Positions 46,403 to 56,305 of a stretch of DNA of 64,000 bases are shown in pieces. The notes beneath the pieces were generated by a model. The model had not been told where the DNA came from and did no database searches. It was given only the letters and a program-made list of their open reading frames with translations. Origin of the DNA: an uncultured Planctomycetia bacterium (lineage in GTDB: Bacteria; Omnitrophota; Gorgyraeia; JABMRG01); assembly GCA_964634945.1 (NCBI GenBank), contig CAZWMG010000003.1, forward strand, positions 37,861 through 101,860, read 5' to 3'. Made by a program: the position numbers and the translations under genes. Each line of letters opens with the position of its first letter. The stretch's first letter is position 1.

Positions 46403-47696
46403 TTAATAATAATCGACCCTTATCATCTTTAAGCGCTTTTAATTTTGCAAAATAGTAGACCCATATAAAAAATAAAAAACCATCTATAAAATAATGGCCC
46501 ATTCTTAATAACTTGATAAAAAACATCGACAAAACAGCATTGCTAATTACCCATAGATAGCCAGTTCTGTCTGACTTTTTACTAACATGAAATTTTATTA
46601 TAAATATAAGAAATACCAAAAAACCAAAAACACCTGTTTCCGATAAAAGCCTTAAACAAAGGGAGCCCGCGTCACCTCTGCATAGAACAGAATGGTAAGC
46701 AAGCAACGCTATGCCAACGGGACTCTGCGGCCTTTGTAATATATATTTATCATAAGAGACCCAGTGTGAGCCCAGGCCACTACCAAAAAACAAATTATTT
46801 TTTAAGCTATTATAAGTCACGTCCAGATTGGAAAATATAGCAAATGTACTTAAGTTTGTAGTCTCCAAGCGGACCTCACCTTTTAATGCCGCTAATGAAT
46901 CATCAAATTTCTCCTTAAAAATAGTATCATTATTATAAAGGAAAAACGCTAAAAACCAGGCAAGAACAATAAATATCAAAATATATTGAATTCTGCGATA
47001 ATTATATAGTAATAAAAAAATACTAAAAAAAACAGCTAAATACCCTCCTGAAGAAAAAGCCAGAAAAAACGAAGCGATGATAGCAACCGACTTCCACCTC
47101 TTTTGTAAATAAAAAGTGTTTCTAAAAAAAGAAGCTATGGACACAAAAACAGCAGGCATCATTACGTTACAGAAATGCGCGGGTTCAGGCAATATGGAAC
47201 TGATTCTCAAGAATCTATCCGTTGTAAAAGAGGCTAATGTCCATTGAGGAAAGAGCCAGCTGTAATCATATCCGGGCCTGAATTTAAGCAAGAAACATAT
47301 CTCCTGAAATAGTCCTATCAATGCTATTGCAAGCGCTATGTTTAGATATATTTTGAACAGCTTTTTCACATCATAGTTATTTATTTTCACCAAAACATAG
47401 AAAAAAACCGCGCTTTGCAATACACCCACAACCTGTTTCAAAAGAAGCGGTAAGGTATTATTGCCAAAAAAAAGATTATAGAAAGACACAATAATCATTA
47501 CCGTAAAAAAGCTTAAAAAAACTCTATTAAAATGTATGCCCTTTAGGAATGGCAGCCAAAGCATAAAGACGGCTGTTATAATAAAATATGAAGCACGCAA
47601 TTCCGCGAATGATCCATAGTTATAGCTCCATGCACCAGTAAAAATAACAAATATTGCTACATAATTCAGGAAGTCCTTAACGATTATTTTCTTCAT
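46386..47696 (-). CDS. wzy: O-antigen polymerase (Wzy-like)
   Basis: Polytopic and very Phe/Leu/Ile-rich; RISSILPEPAHF, FGSGLG, RLLSETG. Confidence 0.65.
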   Translation of the reverse strand: MKKIIVKDFLNYVAIFVIFTGAWSYNYGSFAELRASYFIITAVFMLWLPFLKGIHFNRVFLSFFTVMIIVSFYNLFFGNNTLPLLLKQVVGVLQSAVFFYVLVKINNYDVKKLFKIYLNIALAIALIGLFQEICFLLKFRPGYDYSWLFPQWTLASFTTDRFLRISSILPEPAHFCNVMMPAVFVSIASFFRNTFYLQKRWKSVAIIASFFLAFSSGGYLAVFFSIFLLLYNYRRIQYILIFIVLAWFLAFFLYNNDTIFKEKFDDSLAALKGEVRLETTNLSTFAIFSNLDVTYNSLKNNLFFGSGLGSHWVSYDKYILQRPQSPVGIALLAYHSVLCRGDAGSLCLRLLSETGVFGFLVFLIFIIKFHVSKKSDRTGYLWVISNAVLSMFFIKLLRMGHYFIDGFLFFIWVYYFAKLKALKDDKGRLLLNEQSS

Positions 47697-47697
47697 A

Positions 47698-49431
47698 TTA
47701 GATAAATTCTTGTAATATATGATTTGAAAAAATATTGTAGTCCGCTTTTGAAAAAAAATCTTCTACATTTACCTTTGGATATCTATCGCTCTTTAAAGCC
47801 TCTTTAATTCTATCACTGAAATTTTCCTCATAAGATACAAATATATCCTCCTCAAGAAAATCTTCATGGCTCAAGGCAATCTCTTCAGGTATAACATATA
47901 AGGTCTTAACCCCTGAAATAACGGATTCAAACGCTACTGTAGAACCTGACGTAATAACTAAACAGGCATCCTTAAGCAGGCTGCCTATCTCCTCTTTAAT
48001 ATAATCACAATTCTTATAATCAGCGAATTCATCTCTTAGATATGCCTTTTCCGGTAAAAGAGGGTGCGGCTTTATCTTTATTATATAATCAGGCAAGGCA
48101 TCTCTTTTTAGAAAATTAAGCAAGAGCCTCTGTAACCATATTGAGACACCCTCGTCTATTGAAAGTGCTATAATAATAGAGTTGCAAAGAGCTATATTCT
48201 TATCCGCGCATGCAAAAAGGTGACTATAGCGAAGAGCCCCTGCTACTTCAATCACGGAAGATGGATAGTATTTTCCTAAAAATGACGCCCATTTTTTTCC
48301 TGCGCATAAGATTGACTGTGGAACAATTTCTTTATCTTCAAACCTCGATGTGCAGTAATTCAAAGAATTGCGCGTTATCGTCGAATGCTGGTAAGCTATT
48401 CTGCTAAATTTTTCAAAGCCTAAGTTAAGCATCTTTTCCCATGGCTGGTTTTCAAAAGGATAAATAAAGCAAGTATCCCCCTTCACTCTAAGAGCTAAAT
48501 TGCGATACGAATGGTATAAGAACAAATGTCCGATATAAATTTTTAAGGCATTCTCTTTTAATACCTCGTTTGCTGTCAGTAGTTTTAAGATATCATAATC
48601 CTGTACAGAAGAGGATGTCTTATTGTTCATAGACACCGCAAAACGGGTAAAAACCGATTTAATCATATCCTTAAAGGTCAGATAAGAGAGCGGGAAGACT
48701 ATATTATCAAAATTTTTGCGAAGCCTGAATATCTCTTTTAAGCGTAACCTGGCTCCTGTAAGCCTTGCTACAGTATGTCCGTTTTTTACTAAGAAATTAC
48801 CCAAGTCCGCTAAGTATGAGTCAGTAAAATCAGGCAGCGACTTAAATGTCCTGCTGTCTATCCAACTGTGTATAAATACATCTATGCCTTTGATGTTCTT
48901 CTGCTTAAAAAAATGGTAGATGAACCAGAAGATAATATCAACCAAAACTTCCCGGTAACCTCTTATCCTTCTATGGAGGCGGCTTTTATAAAACCCGGAA
49001 TGGCTCAGAACAGCTATCTTGCCGGAACGCTGGTTTTTAGTATTTGTTAATATCTCTTCATCATCAGTAACAACCAATAAATCCTTATGCGAGACTGACA
49101 ACTTTTTAAGTAATTTCTGATAAACATATTGATTAAAAAGAGAGGTTTCATTAATCGATTTCGAGGCCATAGAGCCTGCATACCACAGGACCTTATTATC
49201 TTGCAGGGCAGAAAGTATTCCTATGTAATCTAAGAAATTATCGCGTACCGACTCTGTTATAATCTTAATATCTCTCGCGATAAATATCCTCTTCTCATTA
49301 CTGAGAATCTTCTCCGCTTCTTTTTTGCCTCCGTGCCTGCCGATATAAATCCACTTAAGATTAGAGAATTTAGTCAAGAGAGCAGCGTCATTAGAATTTA
49401 TAAGATAGAGCATGAAAAGCCTTCCAAGCAA
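47698..49431 (-). CDS. GT-B-like surface carbohydrate biosynthesis protein (candidate ulosonyl transferase)
   Basis: YPFENQPWEK, AYQHS, GALRY, IKPHP, GSTVAFES. Start may be ATG 49413. Confidence 0.55.
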   Translation of the reverse strand: MLGRLFMLYLINSNDAALLTKFSNLKWIYIGRHGGKKEAEKILSNEKRIFIARDIKIITESVRDNFLDYIGILSALQDNKVLWYAGSMASKSINETSLFNQYVYQKLLKKLSVSHKDLLVVTDDEEILTNTKNQRSGKIAVLSHSGFYKSRLHRRIRGYREVLVDIIFWFIYHFFKQKNIKGIDVFIHSWIDSRTFKSLPDFTDSYLADLGNFLVKNGHTVARLTGARLRLKEIFRLRKNFDNIVFPLSYLTFKDMIKSVFTRFAVSMNNKTSSSVQDYDILKLLTANEVLKENALKIYIGHLFLYHSYRNLALRVKGDTCFIYPFENQPWEKMLNLGFEKFSRIAYQHSTITRNSLNYCTSRFEDKEIVPQSILCAGKKWASFLGKYYPSSVIEVAGALRYSHLFACADKNIALCNSIIIALSIDEGVSIWLQRLLLNFLKRDALPDYIIKIKPHPLLPEKAYLRDEFADYKNCDYIKEEIGSLLKDACLVITSGSTVAFESVISGVKTLYVIPEEIALSHEDFLEEDIFVSYEENFSDRIKEALKSDRYPKVNVEDFFSKADYNIFSNHILQEFI

Positions 49432-49456
49432 TATATGTGTAAATACGATTTATTTT

Positions 49457-50338
49457 TTACTTAGCCCTTACTGCTTTGGGCTCATATGAACTATTCAACA
49501 GCTCAAATATGCCCTGTCCCAAATCCACATAATCAGAACCGATTACCCGTTTGGCCATTTTAGGCTTAAAATTATATGGCGTTATCTCATAATGCTCATC
49601 ATCGGAGGCATCATTAAATGTCAGAACTACATCGTTATTCAGCATCTCTTTGACCATTATCAGGAAATCTTTGATCCTGATAGGCTGATAACCTGTTATC
49701 ATAACATATTGATTCTTAAACTCATTCTCAAGCATCTTAACACTTAAGCGTGCCGCGTCATAAACATGGATATATTCCCTGATCTCATTGCCGTCGCCTG
49801 ACCTGACAATCTTCTTATCGACAACAGCTTGCCTCAACATTCTGTTTATCCAGTTGGAATCATCCGCCCTTGGTCCATATAACGAGCCGTAACGTAGAAT
49901 AGTGAAATCAAGATCATACTGTTTGTTATAGCTCTCTATTAGTAACTCACAAGCCTGTTTACTCGCCCTGTAGAATGACCCGGCTTCGCTATAGACGTAG
50001 ACAGTGCTCGCGAATATAAATCTTTTTATCCTGTTCTCGCGACAGGCCTCGAGGATATTCGTTGTACCGATAATATTAGCGTGAATAGTCTCATAAGGCT
50101 GAACTTTCGCCTGATCGATATCAGCTACCCCCGCGAAATGATATACTATATCAGCGCCTATAGTCGCTTTTTTTACTGATTCGATATCCAATATATCGCC
50201 AACTAACATCTCCTGGCTTGCTTGTACATACGGTGAAGGCCTTTTATCATATATGACAACTTCGTGGTTACCTTCTGAAAGATAATCAGCGATATGACTT
50301 CCCAAAAAACCTGATCCGCCAAAAATTACAATCTTCAT
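49457..50338 (-). CDS. NAD-dependent epimerase/dehydratase
   Basis: FGGSGFLG, ASTVYVY, YRASK, LRYGSLYGP, REYIHV. Confidence 0.88.
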   Translation of the reverse strand: MKIVIFGGSGFLGSHIADYLSEGNHEVVIYDKRPSPYVQASQEMLVGDILDIESVKKATIGADIVYHFAGVADIDQAKVQPYETIHANIIGTTNILEACRENRIKRFIFASTVYVYSEAGSFYRASKQACELLIESYNKQYDLDFTILRYGSLYGPRADDSNWINRMLRQAVVDKKIVRSGDGNEIREYIHVYDAARLSVKMLENEFKNQYVMITGYQPIRIKDFLIMVKEMLNNDVVLTFNDASDDEHYEITPYNFKPKMAKRVIGSDYVDLGQGIFELLNSSYEPKAVRAK

Positions 50339-51001
50339 TTAATAATCCTCCTTTAAATAGCTTCTTTCTGTACTCACTATAATGATATCAAGGTTAGATA
50401 GATCTTCAATTACCTTGTGGTCCCCTTCTATCTTAACGCCGTGTGTCGGCCTTCTCTCAATAAAAGCGATGCCTGTCTCCTGCGCGGCTATCTTATCACT
50501 TGACGCGTCCCCGATATAAATAGCCTCGTCTTTTTTATAATTGTTCTTATCTAATATATAATTGATAATTTCAGGCTTACTTCTGGGGGTACCGTAAACC
50601 TCTTTAAAATAACCTTGTAATTTCCTTGCCTGAATAATACCGCATAACTCATCATGAGGGGTTCCTGAAGCGACAAAAAACGCGTACTTATGCATATACT
50701 TACGTAAAAACTCATCCGCGCCCGGAACAAACGGGGCAGCGAGGATCTTTTGCAACACGATACGGGAAAAACTTTCTCCCAATTCGAGTTCTTTTTCCCT
50801 GGAAAATCTCTTTCCCAGGATCTCCTCATATATATGCTGAAACTTTACATAACGCGAGATGCCGGCGTTAAAAACATGGTAATCAGTAATCTCCCGCACC
50901 TTTTCAGGGTAATCGGAAAATAGCTCCTGAAAGGCCTGGGTCTTTATATCCGATGACTCCAGTATGACACCGTCAAAATCAAATATTATAGCTTTTATCA
51001 T
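50339..51001 (-). CDS. HAD-family phosphatase
   Basis: IIFDFDGV motif I, VASGT, KP, IGDASSD. Start adjusted to MIKAI at 51001. Confidence 0.88.
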   Translation of the reverse strand: MIKAIIFDFDGVILESSDIKTQAFQELFSDYPEKVREITDYHVFNAGISRYVKFQHIYEEILGKRFSREKELELGESFSRIVLQKILAAPFVPGADEFLRKYMHKYAFFVASGTPHDELCGIIQARKLQGYFKEVYGTPRSKPEIINYILDKNNYKKDEAIYIGDASSDKIAAQETGIAFIERRPTHGVKIEGDHKVIEDLSNLDIIIVSTERSYLKEDY

Positions 51002-51581
51002 CCAGTAAAACCGCTCGTGATGGCGCGCCATCACCCTCTCCTATTTTTAATGGCAAGCATAGAAGCTTATAATAACCCTGCTTGACCTTTTTCAAATAAA
51101 GCCCCTCTACTATAATAACGTCTCTGCTCAATAAAAAGCGATGAACAGGATGAGTCTTATCGCGAGATTCTTCGATAGATGTCTCCTCAGTGCCTACAAG
51201 ATCAATACCATTGGAAACCAATAATTTTGCCTCATCTATCGCAAGGCCCTGAAACGATTTTTTTCTTTTAAATAATATACCTCTTATGCCTTTTGTCTTA
51301 AACCCCTTAAGCAAGGCTGTGTTGGGAAAGTCATCGATCACTGTCACAAAAACATCACATATCAATCGCCTAAGATCTATCTTATCGATTGTCCGCCCTT
51401 TTTTGTATATGTGCCTTGGGGCATCTATATGCGTACCTGTATGGCTACCAAGCGAGATATTTTTAAGGTTACATGAATTCCCTTCTTCTAAAGACTTAAC
51501 GCTCTCTATCACAATATCCGGGTCACTAGGATACTTTTCCATATCAACATTAATCGTCCTGCTTATATCTATATATCTCAT
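50979..51581 (-). CDS. Cyclase/kynurenine formamidase-family metal hydrolase
   Basis: HTGTHIDAP.H signature, VH..LL...IIVEGL, LPLKI..GDGAPSRAV. Confidence 0.9.
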   Translation of the reverse strand: MRYIDISRTINVDMEKYPSDPDIVIESVKSLEEGNSCNLKNISLGSHTGTHIDAPRHIYKKGRTIDKIDLRRLICDVFVTVIDDFPNTALLKGFKTKGIRGILFKRKKSFQGLAIDEAKLLVSNGIDLVGTEETSIEESRDKTHPVHRFLLSRDVIIVEGLYLKKVKQGYYKLLCLPLKIGEGDGAPSRAVLLDDKSYNI

Positions 51582-51593
51582 ATACTATATAAC

Positions 51594-52514
51594 CTATGCT
51601 ATTTCTGCCAAGCCGGTTAGCAGATTGTTCACTGCCTGGTTTTCCATCTGTACTCTTGCTTCTTTCGCGTAAGAGCCTACATGCGGAGTAAGAATTACAT
51701 TTCTAAACTGCGTTAGTCCTCCGTTGTATGGCTCCTTCGAAAAGACATCACAGGCAGCTCCTGCCAGATTGTTTTTATCCAGCGCAACGCAAAGAGCAGC
51801 CTCATCAACAATGCCACCCCGCGAGCAATTTATTAAAAAAGCGTCTTTTTTCATAAGTGAAAATTCATCCGCGCCTATCATCATAGAATTCTCCTTTGAA
51901 GCCGCGAGATGAAGGCTTACGATGTCGGATTTTTTAAGCAGCTCATTCAATCCAAGATTGGGATAAGATGATATCTTATCCTTGATAAATGGGTCATGAT
52001 ATACTACATCTGAGCCAAAGGCATCGAGAAGCTGCGCTACTTTTTGGCCTATCCTGCCAAAACCTATAATGCCAACGCATTTGCCATATAATAGGTTACC
52101 CATATTTTTGCTCCATAGGCCCGATCGAAGCTCCTGATCCATAAAAGATATTCTACGTATCAGAGAGAGCATTAAGCCGATGGTAAACTCCGCCACGGCC
52201 AGAGTTGGGCCATCCGGAGTATTACGTATTTCTATATTTAATCTTTTAGCCGCGTTTAGATCTATAGTATCGAGTCCTACCCCGCAACGGGAGATTATTT
52301 TAAGCTCGGGCAATTTTAAAAGGACCTCTTCTGAAAAATTTTCTGTGCCCGCGATTATTCCTACGGCATCTTTCGAGAGAGCAATAATCTCAGAAGGCTC
52401 TACCTTACGGTTGTGTGGATTAAGAACCACCTCATGCCCCTTGTCCCTGCAAATATCCAATGGACCGCTATCATATTTAGCGAATGTTGTTGTCAATACC
52501 GTAATTTTACTCAT
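51594..52514 (-). CDS. D-2-hydroxyacid dehydrogenase (phosphoglycerate dehydrogenase-like, no ACT domain)
   Basis: SRCGVGLD, AVAE, GIIGFGRIG, INCSRGG, DVF..EP, TPHVGS. Confidence 0.9.
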   Translation of the reverse strand: MSKITVLTTTFAKYDSGPLDICRDKGHEVVLNPHNRKVEPSEIIALSKDAVGIIAGTENFSEEVLLKLPELKIISRCGVGLDTIDLNAAKRLNIEIRNTPDGPTLAVAEFTIGLMLSLIRRISFMDQELRSGLWSKNMGNLLYGKCVGIIGFGRIGQKVAQLLDAFGSDVVYHDPFIKDKISSYPNLGLNELLKKSDIVSLHLAASKENSMMIGADEFSLMKKDAFLINCSRGGIVDEAALCVALDKNNLAGAACDVFSKEPYNGGLTQFRNVILTPHVGSYAKEARVQMENQAVNNLLTGLAEIA

Positions 52515-53506
52515 GTCGATTTGTCCTTTTTCTTTTTAGCCAGTACCCTCATATGGGAACTGTGGTTATTTCTTGAGATCCAGGACTGTAATTGATCCTT
52601 ACTCTCTTGGCTACCCTCCTTAACCAGTAGATTCCAGAATCTTCCTAAATCTACGCCCTCGTTTTTCATCATACCTTCAACAATATCCCAGTCAAGCTTA
52701 CCCGGGGTTGAAATATCGATGACCTCAAAGCCCGATCTCTCCAGTAGCAACGAGATAGAATGAGTATTAAAGAAATTCAGGTGATGAGGCGGCGTCAGAC
52801 TCTTTGACCTCTCCCATAATAACTGTATATCAAAGCCCTGACCATTAAGCATTGTCATTAAAAGGTGGCCGCCGGAAGTTAATAGTTTTTTAACGGAATT
52901 TAAGAAACTTAAAGGGTCAAAAAGATGCTCGAATAATTCGAAAGCCGTAAGCATATCAAATTGCTCCCCGTAACCTTTTAATTCCTCCAACATGCAGGAT
53001 TCCACCTTAATTCCCTTTTCAGAACAGATCCTTGACTCCTCTTTAGACGGCTCTATAGCCAAGAGCTTATCCAATGGCCTTAGGGCTGATAATTCCTCTA
53101 GAAAAAGCCCAAAACCCGCTCCGATATCACCTACAGAATTTTTTTTCTTAGCAGACAGGATTGTAGAGGCATATTCCGCTCGCGGACGAAATATCTTCTC
53201 TCTCCTCGCTTCCGCTACCGGCTTGAAAAAGACCTTGCCCCAAAAGAGGGCCGATGGAGAATCAGCGTAAAACCTTTTAAGGTCATCATTACTTGGACGA
53301 GGACTTACATATATAGTATTACATTGTCCGCATAAGACATAATCGAAATTTTTCTTCTTAAACCCGGTTTTTTTGTCGTTGCTCGCGCAAGCGGGGCATA
53401 GTATCTCTGTAAACGATGTGAAATCAAAAAAATCTTTTACATCTTTTTCAACCATCTCTATATACTGATTAAAGGCCTCTCTATTTCTTATATCTTCCTC
53501 TTTCAT
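52511..53506 (-). CDS. Class I SAM methyltransferase with N-terminal Zn ribbon
   Basis: CPAC...CGQC, DIGAGFG, FELFEH, PPHHLNFF, TPGKLD. Confidence 0.88.
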   Translation of the reverse strand: MKEEDIRNREAFNQYIEMVEKDVKDFFDFTSFTEILCPACASNDKKTGFKKKNFDYVLCGQCNTIYVSPRPSNDDLKRFYADSPSALFWGKVFFKPVAEARREKIFRPRAEYASTILSAKKKNSVGDIGAGFGLFLEELSALRPLDKLLAIEPSKEESRICSEKGIKVESCMLEELKGYGEQFDMLTAFELFEHLFDPLSFLNSVKKLLTSGGHLLMTMLNGQGFDIQLLWERSKSLTPPHHLNFFNTHSISLLLERSGFEVIDISTPGKLDWDIVEGMMKNEGVDLGRFWNLLVKEGSQESKDQLQSWISRNNHSSHMRVLAKKKKDKST

Positions 53507-54297
53507 TACAAGACCTTTCTTTGGGCTCTTTCAATATACTCTTCTACAAGAGGGCAACTTTTCAGCCTATCTTCTACGTTACGCAGATCCTCTTTTATAT
53601 CAACACTATAAGTATCAGACCCAGATAGCACCATCTTAACCTTAAACCCATGTTCTAATAGACGCAGCATATCTACTGACTCAATTATCTCAAGCGGGGT
53701 AGCGGGCAGGTTATTAAATTTAATGAGAAAATTTCTTCTAAAGGGAATGATACAGACCTGCTTATGCGTAATTAGGTTATTTTTTCCTTTTTTGCGCGAA
53801 GGTATAGGCTCCCTGGAAAAATACATTGCGAAGGAATTCAGATCCGCAACGACCTTTACCTCATTAGGGTCATTCTGCTCTTCCTCTGTCTTTAGCTCTG
53901 CCATGAGATTAACCACCTGTATCTCATCGTCTTTTAGCATGGGTTCTATCGCTTCATCGATCATTTCAGGCCGTAGCATAGGTTCGTCGCCTTGAATCAT
54001 AACTACAACATCGATTCTTCTACCTATATCCCTTTCTATCTTGGCCATCGCCTCCGCTGTTCTATCAGTCGCTCTTTCGTGTGTATCCAATGTCATAATG
54101 GATTTTCCGCCGATCGATTCTACATAATCAGCTATCTCTTTATCACATGTCGCCACATAAACATCGCTTAATGTTTTAGACATCTTGCTTCTCAGTAATA
54201 CGTGTCCAAGCATTGGGATATTTAGAATTTTCGCCAAAGGCTTACCCGGAAAACGGCTTGATCCCATGCGGGCAGGGATTATTCCTACAATATTCAT
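53506..54297 (-). CDS. kdsB: KdsB-like CMP-ulosonate cytidylyltransferase
   Basis: IPARMGSSRFPGKPL, ATDR, IQGDEP, VKVV, YFSREPIP, LE..ESVDMLRLLE. Likely a specialised paralog rather than the housekeeping enzyme. Confidence 0.82.
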   Translation of the reverse strand: MNIVGIIPARMGSSRFPGKPLAKILNIPMLGHVLLRSKMSKTLSDVYVATCDKEIADYVESIGGKSIMTLDTHERATDRTAEAMAKIERDIGRRIDVVVMIQGDEPMLRPEMIDEAIEPMLKDDEIQVVNLMAELKTEEEQNDPNEVKVVADLNSFAMYFSREPIPSRKKGKNNLITHKQVCIIPFRRNFLIKFNNLPATPLEIIESVDMLRLLEHGFKVKMVLSGSDTYSVDIKEDLRNVEDRLKSCPLVEEYIERAQRKVL

Positions 54298-54303
54298 AAG
54301 GCC

Positions 54304-55065
54304 CTAACCTTTCTTTATCATAGATAAATCTTTATACATATCAGTAGCCAGGAAAAGCGTATCTAAACTATAAGCTATAAAATTATACCCCTGCCTTACC
54401 TTCTCTTTAACCTCTTTGAGATCAGGCTGTATAACATGAAAACCTGAAACCGCCTTGAATGACCTTGATACCGCGGTAACCCTTTTTAACGCATCTCTGA
54501 CTTTTGCGTCTTGAAACTCCCCCGGTTTGCCTAGAGAACCGGAAAGATCGTAGGGCCCTATGATAAAACCGTCTACTCCTTTTACCTTTAATATCTTGTC
54601 TATATTTTTAACCGCCTCAATATGTTCGATCTGCACGATAACTATGCTATTTCTATTAGCCCAGTTCTTATATTTTTCGAAACTCATGCCATAACCTTGC
54701 GCCCTAGCGAGCCCAACGCCTCTAATGCCCGCTGGTGGATATTTAGCGGACTTTACAGCACGGATAGCATCGTCTTCGGTATTGACCATAGGCACTATGA
54801 CGCCGTGCGCGCCGGCATCCATAATCCGTTTGATCAGATTAGGATTGTTTTCACCAACCCTTACAAGCGGAACGCATCCAGCCAGGTCTATGACCTGTAT
54901 CAGCCGCTGCGCCTGGTCTAAGCCTATCGCGCTATGCTCCACATCTATTGTAAGCCAATCAAATCCTGCCTTAGCCATGATCTCCGCAATAGCTGTATGA
55001 CCTATGGTAATCCAGGAACCTATTGTAAGCTCCTTAGCTTTGAGCTTCTCTTTAAGCGTTTTCAT
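54304..55065 (-). CDS. HpcH/HpaI (GarL-like) class II pyruvate aldolase
   Basis: GFDWL.ID.EH, PLVRV, DAGAHGVIVPMV, YPP.GIRG, QIEH, IGPYDLS. Confidence 0.93.
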   Translation of the reverse strand: MKTLKEKLKAKELTIGSWITIGHTAIAEIMAKAGFDWLTIDVEHSAIGLDQAQRLIQVIDLAGCVPLVRVGENNPNLIKRIMDAGAHGVIVPMVNTEDDAIRAVKSAKYPPAGIRGVGLARAQGYGMSFEKYKNWANRNSIVIVQIEHIEAVKNIDKILKVKGVDGFIIGPYDLSGSLGKPGEFQDAKVRDALKRVTAVSRSFKAVSGFHVIQPDLKEVKEKVRQGYNFIAYSLDTLFLATDMYKDLSMIKKG

Positions 55066-55105
55066 TTAAAGCTCCTATTTTTATTATTCTAGTACCATTT
55101 AGACA

Positions 55106-56305
55106 TTAAATTACAAATAACTCAATATTATCAATTAGGAATCTATTCGATGCTCCTCTGGTATCAATAATAATTTTATCCAATATGACTTCATCTTCGA
55201 CGGCCCATCCTCCAATGGAAGCTGCCTTTTCCACATATGTGCATAAATCTTTGATACTATGCTCAACCCAACCATCAGCATTATCTCTACGCAGAGTAGG
55301 AGGCATGCAAACACCGGTTATTTCCTGTTTGGGATAAATAACCTTAAAATACAAATGCACTCCAGAGGGATTGGAACTTTTTATAGAAACTCTAATTCCT
55401 ATGTTCAGGCCTGTATCATCCAATAGGAACTTTGTATTCTTTGACCAAAAATCATACCCTTCTCCAATATATTCTATATCCAAGATCTCTAAATGATTCT
55501 CTTTGCTCATAGGATCCCGGGCAATAGCGTGGCTGCTGATCTTTGATCGCGCGTTACTCATCAATCTGGATAACCTATAAACAGGGCCCTCAAAATCCTC
55601 AAGAACCACATAGATATTGTCACCCCATATCTCTTGCTTTATCTTGTCTTTGTCATAATAATTTCTACTTACATACGATAAAACATCTACGGGACTCTTG
55701 CCATAATCTAATATCCTTTTTGTAAAAAAGGATCTTGCCTGCTTAAAAAGCTTGTTTGATATGTAGGCATTCCCGATTAAAAAATACAACTCCTTGGCGC
55801 GCAGCGCGATAGGCCGCTCTTTTAAATCAGACGCGACAGATATATACTTTTTAGCGTCCGCAAAATCAGGATAATGGACCTTTAAAAAACCAAGACTTTT
55901 AATCGCGGCGTCAAATCTTGCTGACTCAAGCATCCCTATAGCTATCAATAGGTTATTTTGCCGGCTATCCTTATCATAACTATCCTGCAAATAAAGAGTC
56001 AAAATTTCCGTGTCAACCTTGGCGTAAGATTCTATAGCCAAATTCTCAAAATTAGACTTTGCGTATAGATTACCTAAAGCTAAATTTAACTTTGATACGG
56101 CCTCTTTATTAAGATATTTTTTCGCGTTGTCCTTTGCTAATATCCTGTTATAAAGATAGATACTCTTACCATACTCATGCCTATCTCTATGATAATCAGC
56201 TAGCTTCATTCTAAACCATAAGCTACTGTGAACATGCAGTAGCACAAGAACAACGCAAAAAAAGAACAAGAGAATAAATCTTAGCCTACGCATATTCATG
56301 AGCAC
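55106..56305 (-). CDS. Hypothetical protein: N-terminal TM, TPR-like helices, beta-rich C-terminal domain
   Basis: Hydrophobic N-terminus; ALGNLY..LAIESY and IGNAY TPR-like repeats; LEDFE...IDNIEL C-terminal region resembling a carbohydrate-binding fold. Confidence 0.5.
   Translation of the reverse strand: MLMNMRRLRFILLFFFCVVLVLLHVHSSLWFRMKLADYHRDRHEYGKSIYLYNRILAKDNAKKYLNKEAVSKLNLALGNLYAKSNFENLAIESYAKVDTEILTLYLQDSYDKDSRQNNLLIAIGMLESARFDAAIKSLGFLKVHYPDFADAKKYISVASDLKERPIALRAKELYFLIGNAYISNKLFKQARSFFTKRILDYGKSPVDVLSYVSRNYYDKDKIKQEIWGDNIYVVLEDFEGPVYRLSRLMSNARSKISSHAIARDPMSKENHLEILDIEYIGEGYDFWSKNTKFLLDDTGLNIGIRVSIKSSNPSGVHLYFKVIYPKQEITGVCMPPTLRRDNADGWVEHSIKDLCTYVEKAASIGGWAVEDEVILDKIIIDTRGASNRFLIDNIELFVI

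Noticed and set aside
854-49431. Recent duplication suggested by identical lengths (two 577-aa ORFs; several 237/240-aa GT2s)
   Set aside because: The sequences are highly divergent by eye and one start codon is uncertain. The equal lengths reflect family size or coincidence.
50979-52514. Housekeeping serA and kynB
   Set aside because: The dehydrogenase has no ACT domain, there are no serine or tryptophan pathway neighbours, and both genes are coupled within a sugar cassette.
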